This document shows positions 38,760 through 51,839 of a stretch of 64,000 nucleotides of DNA, piece by piece (position 1 is the stretch's first letter; each line of letters begins with the position of its first letter). Source of the stretch: Octopus sinensis (taxonomy: Eukaryota). The position numbers and the translations under genes are program-made. The DNA is taken from assembly GCF_006345805.1 (NCBI RefSeq), contig NC_043006.1:21142001-21206000 (forward strand). Direction: 5' to 3'. The notes under the pieces were generated by a model. It searched no databases, was not told the origin of the DNA, and saw only the letters and a list, made by a program, of their open reading frames with translations.

Positions 38760-39499
38760 CGTTTTCACCTATTGCCTGCATAAATAAGTACAAGCCACGA
38801 CTTTCAGATCTTTTATAGAGCGTCTGGCCTTACGAAGTGTCGACATTTTTGGTGTATATTTTCAGTCAAAGTTTTTAATATATTCTATATAAGCAGTCAA
38901 AGATTAATTTATGTCATTTAATCATCTTCAATTAAGGCTATCGATATTTCTATTTGTGATTTAATTAATATTCAATAAGAAAATAAAAGAGAGTGTTATT
39001 AGTTTATAATTAATTTATATCTGCTCACTGAAGTACATCGCTGCCCAGATCGATATTCGTAGTTACAAAGTTATTTATGAAGTTAAAATAGAAATATCAA
39101 ATACTGAATTTGTGTTGATTTAAAAATATAAAATTCTTAATTAAAATTAAATTGCTGCTATTAATCTTTGACCATCCATATAGAAAATATTTAAAACGTT
39201 GCCTAAAAAGAAACACTTTTCGGAAGTCCAGACATTAAATTGTACAACTGACAGCTAGTCATGAATTTATTTATATCAATAGTTCTTAACTATTTGTAGT
39301 TAGGTACAACCTTGTGAAAGCATATCAGACTACTTGAATGAAACAGAAGCTACTTACTTTTGTGCAGGGATTTAGTACCCATATTTCTTATACATTCCTA
39401 TGCAGCCCATACCCTTTTGTTTTTCTTTTTTAGGGAACAACTATACCAAATATTAAGGAAACTATCAATGAAGGTGAGGTCTTATATAATACTTTGTAC

Positions 39500-39690
39500 T
39501 TTAGGCACAAGACCAGATATTTGTCGGGGACTATTCGATCCCAGTGTTTGACTGGTACGTATTTTATCGACCCCGAAAGATTGAAAAGCAAAGTAGACCT
39601 CGGTGGAATTTGAACTCAGAACGTGAAGACGTATGAAATGCCGCTAAGCTTTTTGTTAAGTATGCTAGCGATCTGTCAGATCGCCGCCTT
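39500..39690 (-). mobile_element. SINE family A
   Basis: Matches family A. Confidence 0.75.
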
Positions 39691-39721
39691 TATACAAATA
39701 GGATGAAACATATTCTACCAT

Positions 39722-40015
39722 AAGCGCTGTATGGCCGAATGTTTAACAAGTTTTCTTTTCAGCTACGAGTTCTCGGGTTCGATTCCACTGCATGACATCT
39801 TAGACAAATGTTGAGACATCGCTTGTGCTTGAAATTGGGGCGACAGAAACTGCTCTGGTGGATTGTAGATGTAATTCAAAGATACAAACCCTTGTCACAT
39901 ATGCTACGTTATGCTGGTACTGTTTGAGAATTACGTTAAAGGGCCATGATCAGTCACTCACGCGCTAAATTAGGAGCAGGTAATTGTAGTCTTTGAACAA
40001 CCGAATCTTCATCGT
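39722..40015 (+). mobile_element. Old SINE with a tRNA-like head and family C-like 3' module
   Basis: B box GGTTCGATTCC; CTTGTCAC...TACGTTAAAGG...GAGCAGG tail remnants. Confidence 0.5.
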
Positions 40016-40077
40016 CAAAGTCATTATCACCATATTGGATCTTGGAGTATCATCAGACATATCTCTCATCACTGATA

Positions 40078-40493
40078 AAGCAATATTTTCATAATTCAAT
40101 CTCAACTAAATTTTACATATAAATATGTATGTGCGTGTATGTGTGAATGTGTTTCAGACAAAAGAAGTGTACCTGGTACGAAGTATTTCATTTCTAAAAA
40201 GAATATGGCATAAGCTCCTCTAAACAGCAAGTAATTGCAACAGTGGCCCTTTGGCATATGCCACCTCCTTTGCAAGCCTTGGGGATGATGTGAGCTTGCA
40301 AAGGAGGTGGCATATGCCAAAGGGACACTGTTGCAATCACTGGCTGTTTAGAAGAGCTGATGCCATATTCTTTTTAGAAATGAAATACTTTGTACCAGGT
40401 ACACTTCTTTTGTCTGAAACACATTCACACATACAAGCACATACATATTTATATGTAAAATTTAGTTGAGATTGAATTATGAGAATATTGCTT
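40078..40493. repeat. Inverted repeat, ~200-bp arms, 16-nt loop
   Basis: Arms 40078-40277 and 40294-40493 are reverse complements with scattered substitutions. Confidence 0.95.
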
Positions 40494-40796
40494 AACGTAA
40501 ATGGCCACTGATTTAAATAATATCTAAATCGTATTCGGAAATATTCTATAAAGATTTTCAAACTACCTCGACAGACACTTCCATATAACATTTTAAACCT
40601 AAATTTCTGTTCGTCTCCATATCTGCTCCCTTCTATTCCTTTCCTTCATTCTCCTCATTTCCATTGCCTGTCGCCCTTCTTCGTTCTCCGTTCTTCGTCT
40701 TTTCTTCGTCTACTCTTCTTTACTGCTCTTCAGCTACTACTACTACTACTACTACAACTACTACCACCATCACCCCCCACCACCACCACAACCACC

Positions 40797-40835
<39 letters not shown>

Positions 40836-40836
40836 G

Positions 40837-40881
<45 letters not shown>

Positions 40882-41036
40882 TAATTGACTTCATTTTTCG
40901 TCTCACCATCACCTGTTTTTTGTTTCTCTCTCTCTTTCTCCCTACCACTACCGCTCTCCCTCTCATTCAGTATAAACTCAGTCATAATATTTGTATATAC
41001 AACTCTGCAGAACTGAAGACTTACTTCCTTGAGGGA

Positions 41037-41108
<72 letters not shown>

Positions 41109-41182
41109 AACAGACAGATAGAAAAACAGAGGGGAAAGCGAAAGGGGAGAGAGAAGTGAAGATACACTAAATTACTTTTGAC

Positions 41183-41352
41183 ATAAGCCTGAAATTCTGG
41201 GGAATTTCATTGACCCTAGTATTGAAATGGTACTTATTTTATCGACCCCGAAAGATTGAAATGCGAAGTCGACCTCGGCGGGATTCGTATTCAGTACGCA
41301 AACTCGGATGAAATGTCACTAAGCATTTATTCCGATGCGCTAACGATCCAGC
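41183..41352 (-). mobile_element. SINE family A
   Basis: Matches family A. Confidence 0.7.
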
Positions 41353-41545
41353 TCGTAATTTGACAAGGTTGCAACAGCGTTAGATAGAATTACCTTGCGT
41401 TATTTTCCTTCGTCTCTTTGAGCTCCCTTTTCAATCCTGACAAAGTCAACTTTGCCTTTTCATTGTTTCAGAGGAAGTGTTACGTAAACTAGCGCTCCAG
41501 GACAGGTAGGATTGTTAGGGCGTCACATGAGAAGTTTTGATATAA

Positions 41546-41583
<38 letters not shown>

Positions 41584-42137
41584 ACATATGCAATGGGCTT
41601 CTGTGGGAAGACACTTCTCTACATATATAGAAAACTAGAATGGAGCACTAACACACACCACAACATATGACAATAGTGGATCCTGAAAACGTAATAAATA
41701 CACAGATAAATAAACTGATAGAAATAAATGGCTATGTATATATATATATATTATATATATATATATTATATATATATATTTTTTTTTTTATATATTTTTT
41801 TTATTTATTTATTATTATTTTTTTAGATTCGATTTATTATTATTATTACTAGTATTGTTGTTATACATACAAGCATATGTAATGATAATAATAAGTGGAT
41901 GTAAACACATGAACAAAATAGGAATAAACAAAAACAACAAAAACAAAATACAAATTACATGAACATGTATAAACAGAAGATACAAATATTACAGGCACCC
42001 CCCCCCACATACACACACTAAATAAACATAACGCACATAGAGATATAAGCATGCGCAAATGAAGACATACAATAGAAATACAAAATGGCTGACGGTTAGT
42101 AAGGAGAGACACAAATAAGAAAGAAGAAAACAAAAGA

Positions 42138-42177
42138 CCACTGATGCTGTCACAGGAGTGTGACGAAAGAACTCTGG
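42138..42177 (+). ncRNA. Hammerhead-like fold with altered core
   Basis: CCA-CTGATGCT-GTCAC(aggagt)GTGAC-GAA-AGAACT-C-TGG; A9 is replaced. Confidence 0.35.
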
Positions 42178-42295
42178 CCGAAATAAGATTAAGATTAATG
42201 TAAAATAAATAAATAACACTGAAGCAAAATAACATCAAATATATAGTGCGTGTGTTTTGATTGGCTAAACTGGCAAAATGACCATTCCGAAATAT

Positions 42296-42363
<68 letters not shown>

Positions 42364-43443
42364 AGGTAGAAACTATTTTAATCGGGGAACACACGTGTTT
42401 GGATATTTACAGAAAAAGAACGCATGAAAAAATGCAGAAGATTTGATTTACAGGATTAAGGAGTATATTAGAGTCATAATAATAAAATATTATACAATTT
42501 TGTACAAAATATGATTTTGATCTTTTAGCATAATTGAAGTAAGAATCGGTTTCGCATTGCCCATCGAGTTAAGGGTTGAAAATTGACATATTGCTAGGGG
42601 AGATCATTGTTCACTCTGTAATATTTTTAAAATTTTGGTCTGTGTTTTATCTGGCTTATATCACACAATAGAAGAGGTAAGTCTTTTATTTTTAATTTGG
42701 GTTCCTATTTAATTCTGGTTTATATTTTGGGATAAATGAGGTTTCTTTATTCAGTCTTACTCGTGTTGAGGTCCAGAAAGCAAGTTGATAAAATGGGAAA
42801 ATGTATAATATCTTCATTATTATGACTCTAATATACTCCTTAATCGAGTAAAACAAATCTGTGTTTGTCACCTTTTCTCTTTCTGTGTATATATTCACTA
42901 TAACTCTCTGACCCATAAATAATTTTTAAAAACATCCCTGTTATTACGAATTATCTATCAACAATTTTTTTAACTGTAGCATGTACTTTTATTTTTTCTT
43001 CTCTCAATTCTTAATGTTAACAACTATACTTCTTTCTCTTACAAGCAAATACAATACTATCCTATTATATAATATAATACTATCCTGTCACTATGATATT
43101 TACCTCAATTATATTTTTCCTACCCTTCAATTTTCTAGTAATTCATTTTAAATCACACAAAACTACCTAAACCCCTAAATCCATACCAATCTACCTAAAC
43201 TATTTCTGTTTTTAATTTTTTCACCATTTTTCATTGCACACCACCCATAACAGTCACTAAACACACTAAATTTAAATATCGCTATCATACCCAACTAGAC
43301 GCTAATTATTATTTATTTGTATTCAGATGTATATACGTGTAGGTGTATAAACTTTTATGTGCGGGCGCATGCATTTATGTGTGTTAGATGCGTGTATGCA
43401 ATTTTGTTATATGTTTTTGTTTGTCTGCGATCTTTCCTACTTA

Positions 43444-43646
43444 TACTCTTTTACTTGTTTCAGTCATTTGACTGTGGCCATGCTGGAGCACCGCCTTTAG
43501 TCGAGCAAATCGACCCCGGGACTTATTCTTTGTAAGCCCAGTACTTATTCTATCGGTCTCTTTTGCCGAACCGCTAAGTGACGGGGACGTAAACACACCA
43601 GCATTGGTTGTCAAGCAATGCTAGGGGGACAAACACAGACACACAA

Positions 43647-43697
<51 letters not shown>

Positions 43698-43862
43698 TAC
43701 GACAGGCTTCTTTCAGTTTCCGTCTACCAAATCCACTCACAAGGCTTTGGTCGGCCCAGGGCTATAGCAGAAGACACTTGCCCAAGATGCCACGCAGTGG
43801 GACTGAACCCGGAACCATGTGATTGGTTAGCAAGCTACTTACCACACAGCTACTCCTGCGCC
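43444..43862 (-). mobile_element. SINE family B, full length
   Basis: Near-consensus copy. Confidence 0.9.
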
Positions 43863-44145
43863 TATATTTAAAAATATGTTGGCAAAAACAGTTCTTCTTA
43901 CAAGTGTAGACTCAACACTATATAAACATGTTCCTATATCTCTTTTTACCTCTTTCACAATCTTTTTATGGATATCCTATCGAGTTTATCCGACACAAGC
44001 TCTGTGTAGTTTCATTGTAATATACTTTTGTTAATACATTTTTTAATGTTTTCTTCATCTTTTGCACTGAGGAGAATGGTAATACGTAATTAAATTAATT
44101 TTATTATTATTATAATCAATTTAATTTTTCCATGTTTCTTATGTG

Positions 44146-44529
44146 TGGAAGCACTCCGTCGGTTACGACGACGAGGGTTCCGGTTGATCCGAATCAACAG
44201 AACAGCCTGCTCGTGAAATTAACGTGTAAGTGGCTGAGCACTCCACAGACACGTGCACCTTTAACGTAGTTCTCGGGGATAATCAGCGTGACACAGAGAG
44301 TGACAAGGCCGGCCCTTTGAAATATAGGTACAACAGAAACAGGAAGTAAGAGTAAGAGAAAGTTGTGGTGAAAGAGTACAGCAGGGATCACCACCATCTC
44401 CTGCCGGAGCCTTGTGGAGCTTTAGGTGTTTTCGCTCAATAAACACTCACAACGCCCGGTCTGGGAATCGAAACCGCGATCCTATGACCGCGAGTCTGCT
44501 GCCCTAACCACTGGGCCATTGCGCCTCCA
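44146..44529 (-). mobile_element. SINE family C, full length, 12-bp TSD
   Basis: TGTTTCTTATGT at 44133-44144 and 44531-44542. Confidence 0.9.
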
Positions 44530-44814
44530 CTGTTTCTTATGTATTGGTATTATCATTTGAAACGATCGTATGCATGGATAAAAACTTTATAAAAACTTTT
44601 CACACCTCTTCTCCATGTTTTCACTATTAGTGGAGTTTATATAGGATTATATCCTATAAATGCTCATAACACATTTTTTTACTTGTTATATTTTCATATT
44701 TTAAATACTTGCAATAGCAAGCTATTCCTTTGATAGGAAGAATCTTTATTAGAAATCTAACTTTTTGGACCCCCCTCCCCACCAAACTAAAGCTTTCTCA
44801 TATATATATATTTA

Positions 44815-44850
<36 letters not shown>

Positions 44851-44851
44851 A

Positions 44852-44920
<69 letters not shown>

Positions 44921-44922
<2 letters not shown>

Positions 44923-45933
44923 TTAATAAAATAGAACATATGCATATATATAAACATATATGTACGTACCTACCTCTACATGTACATATACACGCATATA
45001 TGTGTACAGGACACCAAAAAGACGTCGAACACATAGAGAGACGAAAAACATAGACACAAACCAAGGAACAAGACAAGCAAAAAAAAAGAGAGATACAGGA
45101 CAATAAGCACAACGAAAAATCCCCTTCTTCAGTCGCTAAGGTTTCATCTACTAAACGTTTCGAAGGATAAAAGCGAGACGTATACTTCGAAGAAAACCTC
45201 CTTCCTGCGAAAAGCAAATCAATTAAAATTCTGAGATCTTTTCGCAGAGGGGTAAAAAAAGCAAGACGGTAACGACAGTACAAACATATTAACAGTAAAA
45301 AATATATATATATACAGTGGAAAAATAAATATATAACAGTGAGAGACAGGACAAGGAGAACAAGATAAGAAGGGCTGTTAACGCCAGACGAAAAAAGTAT
45401 TGCAAACGCTGGATTATGGTGGACGACGAGAGAGAAAAAAAGTGTCGACCAGTAGCCTTAGAAGGCGGGCGAGAAAAGACAGGATAGCAGTTACGACGGA
45501 AGTATCGTCGCAGATGGACGACGGGAATGGGGGAGGAGGAGCAAGAGGAAGAGAGAGAAGAAGGGGAATGTTGCGAGGAGACCATGAAGAATGGTGAAAG
45601 GGAGAGAGAGAATGAAGAATGAGAGAGAGAGGAAGAGACAAATTAAGTGAGGGAAAAAAAGACGAAAAAGGGAATGGGAGAGAAAGAAAGAAAGAAGAAA
45701 GAAAGAAAGATGCAGAGTCGCGTGAGAGTTAATATCAAGGCTAGCTTGATAAACAGAACAATCTTACTTAATAGGGTGCGTGCGTTTAGTCGTATAATAA
45801 GTTAATAAAATAGAACATATGCATATATATAAACATATATGTACGTACCTACCTCTACATGTACATATACACGCATATATGTGTACAGGACACCAAAGGG
45901 ACGTCGAACACATAGAGAGACGAAAAACATAGA
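44921..45933. mobile_element. Element bounded by near-identical 134-bp direct repeats (44921-45054, 45800-45933)
   Basis: The direct repeats are visible; they lack TG..CA ends. (TA)n flanks; purine-rich, CpG-containing interior. Confidence 0.6.
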
Positions 45934-46235
45934 TATATATGTATATAAGAATGTATGTATACACACACATACACACACACACATATATATATATATATGA
46001 CACGATATACGAGTTAACTTGATCCCGGTGTCCGCTCAGGAAGTAGTGCAATAATTTTCCATAGTTGCAAAGTTATCAATCACAATTCGTTCCCAGAGGT
46101 GTATTACCTATAAAATTCATAATACTTGTAAATATATGGCAATAAAACAACAGTAGAAAGTAAAGATAATGTCAAGATTGTTTATGATAAAAAATATTAT
46201 TATTATTTTTTTCTTATTTTTAATTATTGTTATTA

Positions 46236-46273
<38 letters not shown>

Positions 46274-46301
46274 GTTTTTATTATTATTGTTATTATTGTT
46301 A

Positions 46302-46348
<47 letters not shown>

Positions 46349-46664
46349 GTAATCGTTTTCTGAAACACTTTCACTCACACTAGACTCGCGCACACCATCA
46401 CTTGTTGACGCGATCGTCGATTCACAAGCCCTCGTAGACGGACTTGTAGATTACTTTTTGAAAAGAAGTCTAGAGTTGTTTTCTTAGAAGAAGCATTTTT
46501 CGCTCTCTATAAATTTCTCGGTTACACGCAGACGCATTTATGGTGATAGAAACTTTTCCACTTTGTTCAAAATTTGGGTTTTGTGCTTGAAAAATAAAAA
46601 AAAACTCTTAAAGCTAGTTATCGTAAAGTGAGATATTTCTGTATATACATATACTGGCAATAAG

Positions 46665-46960
46665 ACGGTTACGTCGACGAATATTTCAGTTGACACGATC
46701 ACCCGAACAGCCTGCTCGCGAAATTAACGTGGAAGTTGTGGAGTACTCTACAAACATGCATATTTTTAGCGTAGTTCTCAAGGAAATTCAGCATGACTCA
46801 GAATGCGAAAGGGCTGGTCCGTTGAATTAGAGATACAACTCACTTTTGCTAGCTGAATGAAGTGGAACAACTTGAAATGAAGTGTCTCGCACAAGGACTC
46901 ATCGCTCTGCCATGAATGGAACACACGTAAGCTCAACACCCTAACCACTAACCCACGCTC
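46665..46960 (-). mobile_element. SINE family D, degraded
   Basis: Contains GTGTCTCGCACAAGGAC and a family C-like tail module. Confidence 0.6.
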
Positions 46961-46969
46961 CTTTACACA

Positions 46970-47068
<99 letters not shown>

Positions 47069-47469
47069 TAAATATAAAATATAAATTACAAAGTGGGACA
47101 AGAACGCAAAAACACACAAAGAGATGACACAAAAAAAAAAAAAACAGACAGGTCACTCGAAGCCTCTAATCTTCAGTCGGAACCGGATCATCTTAGCAAT
47201 TTCGGCTGTTTAATCTCGATATCACTCCGAACCGGCCAGCCCCAAGGAAAAACAAAGACAGGATGCCACACGAATATAAATACAAGAAACAAAAATTAGA
47301 AATAAAAAACAAGAATGGTAAGCAGGACAAAAACAGCGGGCGTCTTACGACTTTAGACAATTTTTAACTTATCTTGGCTGGCGTATTTGAAAAATGCCTT
47401 TGCGGCAAAACGAAAACAAACGTTAACATGGCAGCGGTCAAGCCGAAAAGACCGGTTTGAATGCGGTCA

Positions 47470-47775
47470 TATATTGGCACTCTGTCAGTTCCAGTTGGTC
47501 CGATCAACAGAACAACTTGCTCATGGAGTCAACGTGCAAGTGGCCACACAGACACGTATACCCTTAACGTAGTTCAGTGGAACTTCAGCGTGACACAGAA
47601 TGTGACAAGGCTGGCCCATTTTGAAATATGATACTAATCAATTTTGTCAACTGAGTAGATTAGAGCAACGTGAAAATAAAGTGTCTTGCTCAAGGACACA
47701 ACGCGTCACGGGGAATTGAACTCAAGACCTTGCGATCTTGAGCTGAATGCCCTAACCGCTAAGCCACGCGCCTTC
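47470..47775 (-). mobile_element. SINE family D
   Basis: Minus head GGCGCGTGGCTTAGCGGTTAG...GAGTTCAATTCC, core GTGTCCTTGAGCAAGACACT, family C-like tail. Confidence 0.75.
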
Positions 47776-47850
47776 ACACACATACACATACGTGCTCGCG
47801 CGTGCGCACACATACAAACATACACACAAATATATATTATATATACATAC

Positions 47851-47886
<36 letters not shown>

Positions 47887-49129
47887 CGCGCGCGCGTGCA
47901 TGTATAAAAATATATGTGTGTGTGCGTGTGTAAGAGACCAATATACTGGATAATGTACTCCTAGTTATATTCCGGAATATGTCACGATTTGAACATCTTT
48001 GCTGTTAGATCTTCCGGATAAGAGCTTATTTCGAGCGTAAGAACAATATACACATTGAGGTAGGGATAAATTTGAAGCTTGATCTGGTGCGATTTGATCT
48101 CATGTGTCTTTTTGCATAATGAATTTGGCATGTTCACCTGAAAAGAACAAAAGTGGTTAACGAAATACTCTATCGTTAAATAGAATTATCACTGCTTTAA
48201 GCGCTAGTAGGTAACATTACGTGGTGTCTAAATTTTCATGATGAATTAGGTGGGCTGAAGTTTGTTACTCTAACCAGTTTCTTTGAACAAATATACAAGG
48301 AGAACAAATATGAGTTGAGGATAGGAAAGAATCGCTTAATCTGCAGATATGGGCAGATGTAGATTTTTTTATATAAACCATAACTGCTCCTGGCAATCTT
48401 TAGTCATATTGTTTGGATAAAAGTTGCTACCTTGCTAGTTTCAAAAATCTCACAATCACCCACGTAAACCGAATTCATACACACAAAAAATAACAACAGC
48501 AATGATGGCCATAATCAATAATGGAGGATATGAAGTCAATGAGAAAGAAGAATACCATAGTGAATATCAGTAGCTGATAAGTATATAATTTGCTCTGAGC
48601 AATAAAAACTTACCACGAACATATCTTTTATATAAGATATGCATAAGCTGCAAATGCTACTTTCCTACAGTCAGTTTCTCTAAACCAATGTGCTTAACTG
48701 CATAGTAAATGATGTTTCAAGAAGATTATATATATATATATATATATATATTGTAACACAAAAGAAGGAATTTCGGTTATCCCCACTTTACATAGTGTCA
48801 ATATACTTTTTAATACATTTTATATTGTGTTCGCTGATCAGTTTCGCTTTCGCTAATCATGACATTGAAATTATTCTAATTTCCTATTTTCTTCAGATTT
48901 TACTCCACATTGTGTGTAGAGAAATTTATGAGTAAATGATTCAACAAGTAGAAAAATCTAAGGGGAGGTAATTGGTGATTGTTATTATTGGGGATAGGGA
49001 AGGTAATTATTCATCTTTTGGGAGGGGGAGGAATATACACAAAAACTCAAAAGCTAAAGTAGTGAGAAGAAATATATAAAGTGATGAGTATATGATCATG
49101 AATAAGGAGAGGGGTTCACAATTATAACC

Positions 49130-49420
49130 AACTTCACTTGAGCTTCCGAGAATTTAATTTATGTTATAAGTTGCTCTGGTTGTGGACATACTACACAGAA
49201 CAGACAAGTATGACGCTGAGACGGAGCACCACAGTACATAAGGAACAGATCCGGTTCCCGCAATGAAGACATATTCCTTCGAGTGAACACATAGAGATTT
49301 GTGCAGTTGATCTCCACCCAAACTTCTCAGTTTATCCCATCTAATTTAATCCATAAACTTAACCCCGATTTAAGATGAATTTAAAGAACAAGTATATATG
49401 ATTCATTGAAAATATATAAA
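49130..49420 (+). pseudogene. Penelope-like GIY-YIG endonuclease remnant
   Basis: NFT*ASENLIYVISCSGCGH-YTEQTSMTLRRSTTVHKEQIRFPQ*RHIPSSEHIEIC (one frameshift, stops) fits the Penelope EN pattern IY-C-C-Y-H-H-C. Confidence 0.7.
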
Positions 49421-50164
49421 TACACTGACATTTTTTAAATCTTTATAAATAAATAAATAAATATATTATAATATATATGTAAGATAATAGATTTTAAAAA
49501 AGATTTTAGATGTAGACATAAATATAAGGGAAGCGCTCATTATTCTTCGCACGCACAATCTATCGCTAAATTTTACGAAATTCGCGAAGCTAACATTCGT
49601 GAAAATAAATTCCGCGAAATTTAATTCCAAAAGGTAATAAGTCTCAGTCATTTTCACAAAATTTTATGGGGAGACCTAAGGCTAGAGAATCAACAGTTCT
49701 TTGTAATATGTTTCTTTCAAAGGGAAAATATACAATAATGTAGCATCAATCAGTTAGAATTGCGACATTCAATGAAATTTTTTTTTGTCAAGAAATAACA
49801 AACAAAAATTGTGTTTAAATAGATGTCCAAATGTTACAAAAATTTGTACTGCACTGCCGAAGGTAAGTATGAAAAGAAACATATTAAAAAATTAAGATAA
49901 AATATACTATTTCTTAGATATTTCAGTTACACACAAACATCCCTAAAGTTTTAGTATTATCAAGATAGTTCCAGCAGACGAAAATCCCGGGCGATTTAAA
50001 GGGTTGTTTCGTTAATACCAAAACAACAACAACGACGACCATATCAAGAATAATGATTTATTTTAATGACATAGAGGACAATATTGAAGGACCACATAAA
50101 ACATACAAACAGGTACAGATTACATCGAGCAAGGGGAGACAACAATAACAAAAATTATAATTAT

Positions 50165-50360
50165 GGATTCAAATTTCGGCTCAAGGGCAGCAAATTCGGG
50201 AGCGTGAATAAGTCGATGACATTGAACCCAGTCCTCAATTGGTATTTATTTTATCGACCCCGAAAAGATGAAAGGCAATGTGGACCTTGGTGAGATTTGT
50301 ACTCAGAACGTAACGACGAATGTTTCTGCCCGGCCTGCTAACGATTCTGCCAGCTCTACC
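50165..50360 (-). mobile_element. SINE family A
   Basis: Matches family A. Confidence 0.75.
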
Positions 50361-50361
50361 T

Positions 50362-50487
<126 letters not shown>

Positions 50488-50489
50488 TA

Positions 50490-50692
50490 CTAAGGCATAA
50501 AGTCTGAAACTTGGCGGGAGAGAACTAGTCGATTACATCGACCGCAGTCTTTTACTGGTACTTAATTTATCGACTCCGAAAGGATGAAAACCAAAGTTGA
50601 TTTTTGCGGAATTTGAACTCAGAATGTAAAGATGGTCGAAATACCGCTAAGCATTTCGCCCGGCGTGCTTACAATTCTGCCCGCTCACGGCC
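50490..50692 (-). mobile_element. SINE family A
   Basis: Matches family A. Confidence 0.8.
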
Positions 50693-50722
50693 TTCAATAG
50701 CAACAACAACAACAATAATACT

Positions 50723-50772
<50 letters not shown>

Positions 50773-50812
50773 TGATAATGATGATACTAATAATAACAAT
50801 AATAACAACAAC

Positions 50813-50867
<55 letters not shown>

Positions 50868-50888
50868 TTAATAACAATAATAATAATA

Positions 50889-51525
50889 AAGAGTATTTAC
50901 ACTGTACAATATGTCGGCATTATAAAATCAAAACCGCTGACAAATGGTATAAACAGCATCCTGAAGCTGTGACTGAGGGAGAAAATGGGTCGATTCTCTG
51001 GGACTTCCCCGTACATACCGATAGAACTATAAAAACTAATAAACCGGATATTATTATAAAAGACCAGACAAAAAAAGGTGTGTTTACTAATTGACATGAA
51101 GATTCCTTGCGATCACAATATAGCGGCGAAAGAATTTGACAAGATCAGTAAATATAAAGACTTGCTAATAAAAATTGAAAAAAATGTGGCATCTCAAGGC
51201 GACAACAGTATCAGTGATTGTAGGATCTCTAGGAATGATAAGAAAGAAGGTACTGAAACCTATCTGAAAATGACACCAGGCTTACCATCCCTACAGGTAG
51301 TGCAAAAAAGCGTGTTAAAAGGAACAGCTCATGTACTGGAAAGAGCATTATCGCAGTGAAAACAACGTCCATTCATGAATTTATTTATTTATTAATTTTT
51401 TTAAATACGTATTTTACCCGTGAATTTGCGTGTGTAATCTGGGAATGCATACAATGAGCTTCTCTGCCTTAGGTGTACGGAAAACACTCGGCGAGAAATG
51501 GAAGAAAATTTGAAGAAAGGAAATA
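50889..51525 (+). mobile_element. 5'-truncated R4/Dong-like LINE (second family): RLE domain and 3' UTR
   Basis: KWYKQHPE...ILWDFPVHTDRTIKTNKPDIIIKD...LIDMKIP...KISKYKDL...GTAHVLERALSQ*; (AAT)n upstream and (AAC/AAT)n downstream. Confidence 0.85.
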
Positions 51526-51550
51526 CAACAACAACAACAACAACAACAAC

Positions 51551-51642
<92 letters not shown>

Positions 51643-51643
<1 letters not shown>

Positions 51644-51777
51644 CACTGCACACATCCTACGCAGAACACTTTCCATACAATAACCATCAGAGCATCACAA
51701 CAAATCACAGCACGTACCCAAGGCACACAGAGCTGCGCTTGGTAGTGAAGTGAAAGCACGCTATAAAAATAAAACTA

Positions 51778-51780
<3 letters not shown>
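51643..51780 (+). mobile_element. 138-bp 3'-end copy of the Dong-like LINE at 51840-55823
   Basis: Near-identical to 55686-55823; (AAT)n on both sides. Confidence 0.9.

Positions 51781-51839
<59 letters not shown>

Noticed and set aside
45115-45165. Permuted GAAAC…CTGAAGA motif (also 47165-47205) as a type II hammerhead
   Set aside because: Stems I and II cannot be paired without consuming core nucleotides.
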